This document shows, in pieces, positions 38,301 to 50,074 of a stretch of DNA of 64,000 bases. The number at the start of each line of letters is the position of its first letter. Position 1 is the stretch's first letter. The position numbers and the translations under genes were made by a program. The notes under the pieces were generated by a model. It ran no database searches. It was not told the DNA's origin and saw nothing but the letters and a program-made list of their open reading frames with translations. Source of the DNA: Blasia pusilla (taxonomy: Eukaryota); contig CM114271.1 of the NCBI GenBank assembly GCA_050084515.1, positions 27,528,001 to 27,592,000 of the forward strand. Reading direction: 5' to 3'.

Positions 38301-39193
38301 AGGGAATCGAGATTCTAACACTCTATCTCATACCAAACCATAAAAGTGAAAGTTTTGCAAAGGCTCAACATGATAAATATAGATCTTAAAAGCCATTGTC
38401 TTCCCAAAATATAGCCCAAATTGATAACTTGCTCACATAACTACATGTGACTTTTCATAAAATCAACATGTCATTTGACCCAAAATAGGAAAATAGATAT
38501 TTTTTTAGAAGTAAAGATTATGAGTGAAGAGAACTATAACTAACCTTATTCAACCACTAAAAATGTTTTTATAATCTACTTTTTTTTGGGTTCCTTATAC
38601 CATTCATAAGATAACTTTCGTTTTCTACTAACTATGTTATTAAGAAATGTCCATGATGACCTTCCATGGATGCGCAACAACTTCCAATAGTCAAAGTGGT
38701 TGGACCTACCATCAATCTTTTTTCTCGTGAACGCCAAGATATGATCATCACCTCATGGAGATAATTGCTTAAGAGGCCCCCTTGGGAACCATTTCCCCTA
38801 TAGCAACCCTCTAAGAACTCTCATAGGTCAAGCTTTATCGTGCCACCTAATCAATGTTGCACACAGAAAAAGTCCCTATCCGTGGACTTATGTCTGTTCT
38901 AGGGATGGACATGTTCCTACGGGCCCAGGTTTATGTTTCTAGCCCTGCCCAAAACATAGACTTGGGATTGGTCATCCATCACCCAGTCAAGCAACCCAAA
39001 GCCCATTCTTGCCACCCATTTTGTAGCCTCCATAGAGCTTGTGGAGACGCACATTGAGCCCATGTCTCGCCCATATCTAGCTAGTGTCAGCCCTCGTAGG
39101 GCTTGTAGAAGGCTCACAAAGAACTATCCATATGCGTCAACCATGGGCCTTGAGCTTGCCCTCTACGGAGCCTATAGGCCTTAGAGCCCATCC

Positions 39194-39640
39194 TCTAGAG
39201 CCCATTGCCCGCCTCTATGGTGGACCAACTTGGTGCCCCATGCGGTGTTACAGAGGGCGTATGCGAGAGTGGAGCGCCCCTCCCATTTGTTAGTGGATTC
39301 CATTCTGGATCCAGATCGTCGTTCACAGGCAATGAGGCACAATGATCGACCATCGTTGATTGTGGTCAATAGGGTACGCAAGCCGCGGGCAGCCTTTCCC
39401 ACATTTGTGAGTTTTCCGGCTTCCTATGCATACAAGGAGGCCGGTCCTGGCTTGGTTTGGGATGACCAGGTTCAGAGGTTGGTGGAGCCCAACGCCGACG
39501 AGAGAGAGCGGGCGATGGGATTTCCCACAAGAGTGACGGCAGTACCGTAAGTAGCAGAGGCATCACGACGCCATGTCTATGATCAGACGATGGACCTCAA
39601 CTGCTTGACATGGATCTTCAGCTTGGGAGTGGCTGAGCAG
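39194..39640 (+). pseudogene. Retrotransposon-borne C5-cytosine DNA methyltransferase domain, C-terminal part (DNMT3-like motifs VIII, IX, X)
   Basis: One frame reads SRAH(C)P(P)LWWTNLVP...FPTFVS...EPNADERERAMGFPTRVTAVP*VAEASRRHVYDQTMDLNCLTWIF, paralleling DNMT3 AAHRARYFWGNLP...EMERVFGFPVHYT...ARQRLLGRSWSVPVIRHLF. 5'-truncated. Confidence 0.75.
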
Positions 39641-39959
39641 CATCGGATGAGATCGCGACAGATCACAGCGGTTGCGTTGGTAAGCCCCATGCCTACCGAG
39701 ACGATGGGGGCAGTGGCTGGGGGCGAGAGCCGAGGAGATCGATACACTAGGGGAGATCGGGAGAGACACCCTTGGACTTCTTGGGATGTTTTGCAGGTAT
39801 GCCAGGAGATGTACGCCACAACATCAAGGGTGGTTCCGGGCACTGCATGTGGAGGAGATCAGAGTTTGCAGTTGGCTGCAGGAGAGCGGTCGAGTTTCGT
39901 TGTTCGAGATGGGGTTGCACCATAGCAACCACCGATATCTGCGCCGGAGAGTCCTACTG

Positions 39960-42900
39960 TAGTCACCATGGAGACTTGGGAGCCAGATATGGGCCCTAAG
40001 TTGACAGGAGGAGAGCCGCGCCGAATACATCACTTCCTCAGGACTTCTAGGAGCTGCTTTGCGTTTAGCATGGAGGATTTAGGTACGCTGAAGGTACCGG
40101 GGATCCGCATTGAGTTGTCGAGTGATACGCCGATCTTCCGACAACCCTACAGGTACAATGATATGGAGAGGGCTCTGATTCAGAGTAGGAGCCAAGACTT
40201 GGTTGGAGCATGGAGGATTTAGGTACGCTGAAGGGACCGGGGATCCGCATTGAGTTGTCGAGTGATACGCCGATCTTCCGACAACCCTACAGGTACAATG
40301 ATATGGAGAGGGCTCTGATTCAGAGTAGGAGCCAAGACTTGGAGGAGAGTATGCATTTGCCACTATCATGCCCGCCAAGAAGGATGTGCATGGCAACTAG
40401 ACGAATAGGCAGATATGTGCGGATTACCGACCTATCAATCGGTAGATGAAGTTCGATAGGTATGCCATGCCCACCCCTGAGGAACTCTTTGATGCGATTG
40501 GTCACGCAAAGTTCTTCAGTTCATTGGATTTGCGAGTCGGATACCATCAATTGCCTATCAGATTGGAGGACAGGAAGAAGACGGCATTTTGGGGCATCGA
40601 TCCTCACGGCAAGGATTGTTTGTACCAATGGCGGTTCTTACCATTTGGATTAAAGAATGCCCCGGTTGAGTTTTAGAGGGTCATGGATAGGATCTTGGCT
40701 GGTTTGGATTTTGCTAGGTGTTATATTGATGACATCGTAGTCTTTAGCCCCACGGTTGAGGAGCATGAGCGACATCTAGAGGAGGTGTTTCGACGATTGC
40801 AATTACATGGGTTGAAGCTACATCCAGGCAAGTGCAAGTTCTTCTATGACCAGATTGAGTACTTGGGTCATACGATATATCCAGGGGGCCTTGGTGTTCA
40901 GCAGACGAAGGTAGAAGTTATCTCACGCATTCCATTCCCTATAGATGTGAGCCGTGTTCGCGCATTCATGGGATTGGCGATACGTCAAGGGATTAAGTTC
41001 GATTGCAAAGCCGCTGACCTTGCTGATCAAGGTGGATCACGAGTGGCACTGGGGGGATGAGCAGAGAGTGAGCATTTCAATTGTTGAAGGACAGGTCGAC
41101 GTCTGCACCCATCTTGAGGAGATCGATCAGGGGGGCGTCCTTTCCATTGCACACAGATTGGAGCATGTTGGGGCTTGGAGAGGTGCTCACCCAACATGAT
41201 AATGAGGGTAGAGAGTTCGTGGTGGCTTACGCTAGCCGCTTGAATAATGCTGTAGAGGCGAAGAACAACTCGTATGAGGGTGAGTGCTTGGCTGCAGTGT
41301 GGGCTGTCGTGCATTTCAGGTGTTACTAATTCGGCAACCCCTTTACCATCATCACTGATCATCAACAACTGAAGTGGTTGATGGAGTCCGACAAGCTTAC
41401 ATGGAAGCTTGTGAGATGGGCTGTGTTGTTGCAAGAGTATGATTTTGAGGTGGTACATAGACCTGGGACGCTCAACCAAGATGCAGATGGGTTGAGTTGT
41501 AACCCATGCCCGAGTCATCGAGGTGCGACTGGTGCTCGATGGCATAGAGAGAGTGATGAGGAGTCAGTGCCAGGATGGCACGCATCAGCCTATTTAGGCA
41601 TGTTGGCTATGGAGAGCCAGAGTGTGGAGACTTCGATGGAGAGGTCTAGTGGAGAGTCCTTGGATCCCGAGGCCAGTGAGGAGACCACAAGTGGACGAGA
41701 TATTCGTGATGATGGAGTAGTCTTGGAGGACCTTCGTACTGGTAGCGTTGCGAGCATCGTGGGTGCTAGAGAGCGCAATCGGATCCTACAGCGGGCCAGA
41801 CAGTTCCGTTGGGAGGGGACATATGTTTTGAGGGTTTGGGAAGATGGCAGAGTATGCGTAGTGCCACATCCTTTGCAGAGAGCAGGACTAGTGCAGCATG
41901 CCCACGAGGAGTTGGGTCACTTTGGGGTGAAGCGGATGTACAACTTGCTCCAGATTTAGTGTTGGTGGCGAGGCATGCAGACTGACGTTTAGTAGTTTGT
42001 TGCCAGGTGTATGATCGGGTCCGGGCATCGTTCAATGCTGTGACTCCATAGTTGCATCCATTACCGATCATGGGCTTAGGGTATAGACGGAGTTTGGATT
42101 TTGTAGGACTTTTTCCTTTGACAGAGCGTCACAGTCGTTATGTGTTGGTGATGGTCCAGCACTTCTCAAAGTGGATCGAGTTGGTTGCATTGCGTGACAA
42201 AGCGAGTGAGGGAGTAGCTAATGCCTTCCTTGACTGAGTGCTGAGTCATTATGGCCTATTGGCTAAGGTGTTGACAGACCATGGTACCGAGTTTCGCGGT
42301 GAGTTCCAGACCTTGTGTGATCAGGCGCTGATCGACCACCCCACGACTTCGCGAGATCATCCTAAGGCAGATGGATTAGCGGAGAGAGTTGTGCAGACGG
42401 TGAAGAGGGGTTTACGCAAGTATGGCTTGCAGAGAGGTCATCTAGGAGATTGGGACCTCAAGTTGCCATGGTTGGCAATGGGATACAGATTCAGCAGGCA
42501 TGCATCCTTACCGTCTTTTGCACCGTACTTGCTACTTTATGGCCAAGAGCCAGATTTATCTACGGCCATTCGTCGAGATGTTGGTGAGGTGTTGGACCTT
42601 GATGACCCAAATGTATGGATGCGAGCATGTTCTCAAAGGGTTGAGTTGTTTCGGAGAGTGATGCCCATGGCATTTGAGAACTTGGCGATTGCGCAACATC
42701 AGGATATGTTGAGGTATGCGACTATTCGGGGTGATGGTTATCGACCAACTATCCGGCGGTTCCATCAAGGAGATTATGTCTACTTGCAGCACACGACACC
42801 GACGATATTGGATGTGACTATAGGGCGCTATCCTGAGAGTGCGTGACGTTTTGCCATCCGGTGTTCTCTTGCTAGAGGGACGCGATGGTATGGTATGGAA

Positions 42901-42990
42901 GGACCATGTGCGTAATTGTGCGCCATGTCACCTTCCTAATATTGATGGTACAGTAGATCCGAGCTTAGCAGTAGTTCCTGTAGGCTTGTG
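39960..42990 (+). pseudogene. Ty3/Gypsy pol remnant: RT - RNase H - integrase
   Basis: FSSLDLRVGYHQ, LPFGLKNAP, YIDD at 40722-40733, LHTDWS, SYEGECLAAVWAV, HEELGHFG, LTDHGTEF, DGLAERVV. Includes a 140-bp tandem duplication (40067-40340). Confidence 0.95.
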
Positions 42991-43125
42991 TGTATGTTGT
43001 GTGGTTCTGCTCGTGGTGCGGCCACGATGCTGATCTATGATGGATGTTCGAGAGGTTGGCATATGGCATGTCTGACGCCACCTCTCACTAAGGTTCCTTG
43101 GAGATGATGGATGAGTGCTAGATGT
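42991..43125 (+). pseudogene. PHD finger at the integrase C-terminus
   Basis: CMLC...MLI(Y)DGCSRGWHMACLTPPLTKVPWR*WM(S)ARC fits the C4HC3 PHD pattern 'CD.C.RG(F/W)H..CL.PPL..VP.G.W.C..C' with two decayed Cys. Confidence 0.85.
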
Positions 43126-43446
43126 ACATAGCAGAGATACTAGGCATGTTTCGATTCCAAATTTTTCTGTGACATGGATGATAGGAAGGTGACTAACGAT
43201 GGGGCCAAATGAGCATCCGACCTTTCTGCTCTCAGCGTCCTAGAGATGTATGTCGTGGTAGGTAGGGATAGATGGCTATTTGGAGTTAGAGGGACCTAAC
43301 CACCAGCAGGGGGACGATTGGAGATATTTTGGTACTTCTCGCCTATGTGTTTGGATGCCATGAGTTAGCATGGGATCATGCGTGTTTGTGTGTGTGTTTG
43401 GTGACAACGATGTATGTTGTGTAGCGATGTGTATGCGCACGACAAC

Positions 43447-44088
43447 TGTCACGTTTTTTTGGATAGTTCGGTGAGATTTAGGAGAGCGCCTTTGTGAGTA
43501 GTGGAGGATAGGTTCAATAGGTCGAGGATGAATTGTTAGGGCCCTCGGGAAACCTGAGAGAGCAGGTTTCCCCTTTGTTTCGGTTCATTTGGAGCCATAT
43601 TGAGCAACTTACTATTTAGATAAGTACCATTTTCAGTATATTATCGAGTTTTTATTTTTGGTAAGTGGCCCTTGACCTCCTATATCTGGTCAAGAGCCAA
43701 GGAGGCTACTTGGGATAATAGGTTACCATGGAGAGCGCTTGGGAGAGGGAAGGGGTATACCTCAAGGAGAGAGAGCTTGAGAGCTCATACTCTCTTTGTT
43801 GAACCTCTTGGCATGAGGCAGTGGAGCTATGGTCCCTTGCCTTGTGAGTGTAACCCAAGCCTCTCGTTAGGAGAGTGGGTTTGGTTTGACATGAGAGAGA
43901 GTGCATAACTTTGAGAGCTATGGTGTGAGATGGTGTAGAGAGATATTGGATCTTACTTTAATTGGAGATATTTTAGTACTTCTTGTCTCGTTGTTTGGAT
44001 GCCATCAATTAACATGGGATTGTGTGTGTTTGTTTGTGTGTTCGGTGACAGCGATGTATATTGTGTAGCGATGTGTATGCACACGACA
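43447..44088 (+). mobile_element. 3' LTR of the DNMT/PHD Gypsy element
   Basis: TGTCACG...CACGACA. PPT-like AGCAGGGGGACGA near 43305-43317. Preceded by an extra LTR 3'-end fragment (43318-43444) and followed by a partial LTR duplication (44089-44277). Confidence 0.85.
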
Positions 44089-44279
44089 GAGAGCTTGAGA
44101 GCTCATTCTCTCTTTGTTGAACTTCTTGGTATGAGGCAGTGGAGCTATGGTCCCTTGCCTTGTGAGTGTAACCCAAGCCTCTCATTAGGAGAGTGGGTTT
44201 GGTTTGACATGAGAGAGAGTGCACACCATTGAGAGCTATGGTGTGAGATGGTGTAGAGAGAGATTGGATCTTACTTTTT

Positions 44280-46600
44280 GGTCTGCACGTGCTCATCTGC
44301 CAATCGTCGAAGCTCCTCAGTCGAGCCCCACAACGGCACCTCTCTTCCAGGGAATCATGCGGCTACCATAACAATCCTCTCCATAGAAATGTCCGGAATG
44401 GGTGTATCCTCTGCATGGACCCTCAATCAAATCACTAGGCCAAGTGATGGCACTGCTAAATGCTGCTAAGGTCGCCACCTCTCTTGGCCGTCGCTCGATC
44501 ATTGCACATGTGAATCGAATGGGTAATGAGCTAAGGCGCCCATCATCAGATTGCCATCCTGGTCTGTAGCACGCTGATTTCTCCCAATATTCTTGGGAAA
44601 ACCCATTGGGTATAACACTACGTCATCAACCAAGACGTTGTAGGACTCTCCACCAGTCACTATCGCCTTGGCTCGCACCACGGACTCATCTGTAGGATGT
44701 CTGAGGTGAATCCTCACCATGATCTCCTGTCGGGTGATATATTGTGTGGTACTCGCTCCACCCAAGGATGACTATATCCGGAATGGACAACGCTCCACAT
44801 TAGCTCTCGTCAAGCCCAATCCTCTGAATGACGCTTTCCCCAACATCAGGGGTTGTACTCCTGAATCCAACAAGACGCGCTGCGGACTAAAAGCTCTACC
44901 TCCAGGACTCACCAACTGGAAGAGCGCTCCTCGGTTATCCAGCAACACAACACCAAGAGAAGCCATGGCACACTCTATCGCGGGTCTAGCGGGCATCTCC
45001 GCCATCCTAGTAGCCGCAGCTTGCCATGAATCTGACGTGGACGGCACGAGCATCCGCTCCAAGGGCAAGTCCATCACCTCCTCTGTAATCACCTCTAAAC
45101 GTGATGCAGGAACTCCAACTCCACGCTCACATAGTGAAGCGGCCAGCCAAAAAGCCTCGGCGGGCGTACCCCCCAACGTCATAACATCGGAAGCAGAAAA
45201 TAAAGGAGTGGGGTACACAACGGTGGCCGCCCCCAACAACGTGCTCGACACATGCCCCTCATGAGCATCAACAATAGGAGTCGTCGTACTCGCTTCTCCC
45301 ATTGTCCTTTGTGCCTGCACACCAACAACATCACCAACTCTCTAGGAACTCTGATCAGGACCCATCAATGGGGTCCTCATCGCCTTGGACAACGTGAAAG
45401 ACTGAGGAAGCCTAGTCTATTTCCTGGTTTCCCCTCGCTGTGGATCCAACTTTGCGGCTGCTCCACACGTCACAATTGCGGATGCCTCCATCTGGGCAAC
45501 CCCGCACATCCAACCAGGATCCTCCAGATCTCTGGCTTCTCCATATGATGTCGATGCCATAGATTCGGCATCAGGTAACCTCAATGCCATAACGGCAATC
45601 TGCTCATGTAGCTGCTGTATCTGAGCAGCCATCCCAGCCTCACGTCCGGCGTCTCCCTCGGCGCGTCTAGGTGATGGTACTCTACCTCCTCCATGGGCAG
45701 CTCCACCACCGTGTCGGGAAACTCCAGCTCCTCATCCCCCAACAGGACCACATGGTGCATAATCTCTAGGCCCACCCGGACCGGCTACTTGCTTTGGTGC
45801 CCTCTCTGCCCCTCGATCCGGACGTAACTCATGATGAAAACTGAAACACCTGGCGCGTGTATGACCATACCTCTGACAATAGTCATAATGATAACCTCCT
45901 GGTATAGCACCATCTCCTCCTCCATGTTGAGGCACACGTCCATGATCCTAACGAGTGTAATCGCGCTCATGATGGGCTCCACCACATGACCAACAAGTAA
46001 TAGTAGGCGGTTGCTGCTGAGCCGCATATGAAGGCGCACGTCTCTGTGGCACGGCCCCCCGGTATCCTCCTTGAACTTGTGGTGCCACAGTCGACCTATC
46101 TCGGAGTCCACGTTGCTGCATAGGTAGTGCAGACAATCGTGACTGCTCTCGCCCAGAACCCGTGGTGGCTACGCTCTCCTCCGCCATGTTGCACTCAATG
46201 TTCTCGGCGGTCTTGAAAACATCTCTCAATGTAGGGGATGTGTTCATAAGAAGCACCCCCTCCCGCACCCGTGTCCGCAGGGTCTGGTCTAGCATCGCTC
46301 ACCATGACTGGATAGCTTGAGCCTCTGTCATCCTCTGAGTGACGTTGATCAACCAGCGCAAGCGAGTCTAAGCCTCACGCAAACTCTCACCCGGGCGCCT
46401 CTGGAAGTCGTGGATGCTCCGCAACTTCTCCGTCCGTACCCCCTGGTAGCTCGCCCTCAACTGAGCAAAGAACTCAACCACAGGGTTGAACCTGGACAAA
46501 CCCGACTAGACAGTGCAACCAACTGCTCCCGTGCGAGTGAGCGTCATAGTCACCATCGCCGAGGATTTTTGGCTGGCCGTTTCACTATGTGAGCAGAGTT
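44280..46600 (-). pseudogene. Gypsy gag (two CCHC-like knuckles) and aspartic protease, inverted copy
   Basis: CWSCGGAHHERDY, YCQRYGHTRARC, protease VLLDSGVQPLMLG and YNVLV. Truncated at 44280 just before the expected methyltransferase N-terminus. Confidence 0.85.
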
Positions 46601-46639
46601 GGAGTTCCTCCATCACGTTCTGAGGTGATTGCAGAGGAG

Positions 46640-49065
46640 GGGATGGAGTTCCGGAGGTAGAGCTTTTAGTCTGCAACGCGTCTTGTTGGATTCAGGAGCA
46701 CAACCTTTGATGTTGGGGAAAGAGTCATTCACAGGATTGGTCTTGACAAGAGCTGATGTGGAGCGTTGTCCATTTCTGATACAATCATCCTTGGGTGGAG
46801 CGAGTACCACACAGTATATCACCCGACATGAGGTCATGGTGAGGATTCGACCGGGACATCCTACAGATGAGTCTCTGGTTCGAGCCAAGGCGATAGTGAT
46901 TGATGCAAAGTCCTATGACGTCTTGGTTGGTGGAGCAGTGTAATACCCGATGGGGTTTTCCCTGGATTATTGGGAGGAGTCAGCGTCCTATAGTCCAGGA
47001 TGGCAGTCAGGTGATGGGTGCCTTAGCTCATTACCCGTTCGATTTACAGGTGCAGTGATCGAGCGACGACCAGGAGAGGTGGCGACCTTAGCAGCATTTA
47101 GCAGTGCCATCACTTGGCCTAGTGATTTGATTGAGGGACATGTCCATGTAGAGGATACTCCCATTCTTGAAATTTCTATGGAGAGGAGTGTTATGGTAGC
47201 CGCATGATTCCCTGGAGAAGAGGTGCCGTTGTGGGGCTCGACTGAGGAGCTTCGATGATTGGCAGATGATTGTGTGAGAGTGGAGCGCCCCTCCCATTTG
47301 TTAGTGGATTCCATTATGCATGGAGGTCATCGCTCACACGCAGTGAGGCACGATGATTGACCACCGCTGACTGTGGTCAACATGATTCCCACGTTTGTGA
47401 GTTTTCCCGCTTCCTATGCATACAAGGAGGCCGGTCCTGGCTTGGTTTGGGATGACCAAGCTCAAAGGTTGGTGAAGCCCAATGCCGACGAGAGAGAGCG
47501 GGCGATGGGATTTCCCACAAGAGTGACGACAGTACCGTCAGTATCAGAGGCATCATGATGCCATGTCTTGGGTCAGGCAATGGACCTGAGCTACTTGACA
47601 GGGATCTTCAGCTTGGGAGTGGATGAGCAGCGTTGTCGTGTCGAGAATCTTTCTTCGAGCAAGGGCGGGCCTTCTAGCTGCGGTAGATGCGGTCGATGCA
47701 AGGTGAACTCTCTAATAAGTTCTCCTTTTTCAATACAAAATTATGATGTACACTCTCCATTCTCTCACGACAGGTATCACAAATGGAAGTGCCGAGGCGA
47801 TCACTTCTTCGTAACATCGGACCCCGAAATTCCTAACTATAAAATCCCTATAAACTATTTTACGTTTGTACACGAGGAAGATAGCACAACTAGTGTTAAA
47901 CCCTACTTGACCAGGCCTATTGACATCCATGGATCGCTATATAAGGACATACAAAGTACAATCCCATGTCCTTCCATATGTGACGATAGGAAGAATCACC
48001 GGAGTTGGAGATTGCATGACCTGGTTCATGAACGCCTCCCCAAAGTGATAAACTAAATAGCGAGTGAACCAGTGCCTATCTACAAAGAGTACCTTGACAT
48101 GGTAAGGATTGAGGAAAGGAAAGTCGGGCACAGCTCGTGCTCCACCCCTATCCATGCTTGACAGACATTCTCTACTCTCCTCAAGAATGGGTTTTGGCGG
48201 AGTTATTCTCCCAAGAGGGTAATCCACTCTCATTGGGGGAAGTAACAAGCCAAAACTTCCGCTATTTTAGTATGACTAAACTCCTCTACGGTGACAAACC
48301 TCTCATACCCACACACACACACCACACTCTAGAAATCTCTCAAAGAATAGACCATAGTCAAGTTACTCTCCCAAGAGGGGTGATCCATTCTCATTGGAAG
48401 AGCAAGCAATCCCAAAGCCATACACTCAAGAGAGACACGAGAGACTCAAGATGTGGAATAGAAGGTGATGAACCCTTGAAGGTCCCTCCTCTTTATATAC
48501 TCACAAGGGATCCACAAGAGTACGAAATAGAGCTGATCTTATCTTGTGCCACATGGCTTCCTCTCAAGGCTTAGCCAATCACATTTTGACACAAGTAGAT
48601 TTCCTCTTATCTCTTTCAAAATATCCTCTTTTACCCACATGATATTTTCCAAATTACCCCAACTAACCTAGCCACCAACCAAGACTACTTTTGCTTTTCA
48701 TTAAAGCAACTACTTTACTTTTATAAAGTCATCTTTTATTTATAACCTCCTTTTCCTAAAGTTGGGCCCGCATAAAAGAGGCACCATAAAGAGGTTTAAA
48801 CATAAGAATCTCCTTTTTCTAAGCCAATTTACTTAATACTAATGAAACTCTATCTAACACTTAATGACGAAGGAGTTTACACACAGGTTGATTTTACTAT
48901 ACGACAGCGGTGGATGAGATTGCAAAAGATCACAACAATTGCGTTGGTGAGCCCCATGCCTACCGAGACGGTGGAGGTAGTGGCTGGGGGCAAGACCTGA
49001 GGAGATCTACACACAAGGGGAGATTGGGAGAGACACTCTTGGACTTCTTGGGATGTTTTGCAAGA
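46640..49065 (+). pseudogene. Second Gypsy fragment: protease - linker - (deletion) - DNMT motifs IX/X, interrupted by a solo LTR
   Basis: VLLDSGAQPLMLG...YDVLVG, then RVERPSHLLVDS...KPNADERERAMGFPTRVTTVPSVSEAS*CHVLGQAMDLSYLTGIF (about 47276-47610). Resumes at 48911 after the insertion. Confidence 0.85.
47634..48906 (-). mobile_element. 1.27-kb solo LTR, copy B
   Basis: Near-identical to 6280-7551, flanked by GCGT/GCGG. The paralogous empty site near 39635 has a single copy of the target. Confidence 0.9.
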
Positions 49066-49561
49066 TTGACCATAAATTTTTACTCGCAACTCCAAATTGC
49101 ACACCGTTTGTTGCCCAACGTGCACAATTTCACAATCTACAACGGCGTCAAAAAATATTGGGAATTTTGACATTTGAGTAAGAATTGATAGGGATTGTCG
49201 TAAAGCCCAATGTCTCTTTCTCCTACATAAAATTTTGCGGCGCTTCCGCGCTGATTTCTCCCAACCGAAATGTAAAACCTGTAAAAATACAAATCAGCAA
49301 GCTACATAGTGCTTGCGAAAGCACCAACATGGGGCAACCCGCCCCCATAATCAATCCCTATTAGAAATTGAGCAGCGCTTCCGCGCGCCACTCTTCCACA
49401 CAAAAAATCGGGAAATGCAAAGAACAATCAAAGCGGCCCTTGCTCCGATGAGCACTCCCATGAGCCACTGAACGGGGAACACGGTCCCCAACCTACAAAA
49501 ACGATGAGTGACCAGCGAGCTCCCCCATGAAGCTCTCTCACTCTCTCATTCTCTCTTTGTG

Positions 49562-50074
49562 AAGTAAGATCCAATCTCTCTTTACACCATCTCACACCAT
49601 ACCTCTTAAAGGTGTGCACTATCTCTCATGTCAAACCAAACCCACTCTCCTAATGAGAGGCTTGGGTTACACTCACAAGGCAAGGGACCATAGCTCTACC
49701 GCCTCATGCCAAGAGGTTCAACAAAGAGAGAATGAGCTCTCAAGCTCTCTCTCTCCTTGAGATATAACTCTCCCCTCTCCCAAGCTCTCTCCATGGTAAC
49801 CTATTCTCCCAAGTCATCTCCTTGGCTCTTGACCTGATGTAGGAGGTCAAGGGCCACTTACTAAAAGTAGAAAGTTGATCATATACTCAAAATGGTACTT
49901 ACCTAAAATAGTAAGTTGCTCAATTTGCTCCAAATGAGGCGAAATGAAGGGGAAACCTGCTCTCTCAGGTTTCCCGGGGCCTCAGCAGGTCATCCTTGAC
50001 CTGCTGAGCATGTCCTCCATTGCTCACAAAGGCGCTCTACTAGATCTCACCGATTTATCCTAAAAGACTTGACA
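49562..50074 (-). mobile_element. 5' part of a DNMT/PHD Gypsy LTR, inverted
   Basis: Reverse complement starts TGTCAAGTCTTTTAGGATA and matches about 4029-4525; truncated at GGATCTTACTT. Confidence 0.85.

Noticed and set aside
39194-39640. Host DRM/DNMT3 gene adjacent to a retrotransposon
   Set aside because: It is intronless, collinear with protease upstream (copy 2) and RT downstream (copy 1), present twice within element fragments, and lacks the DRM permuted motif I after motif X.
43318-44277. DIRS/Ngaro-type split repeats
   Set aside because: The element has a DDE integrase and protease, TG...CA LTRs and TSDs; no tyrosine recombinase was seen.
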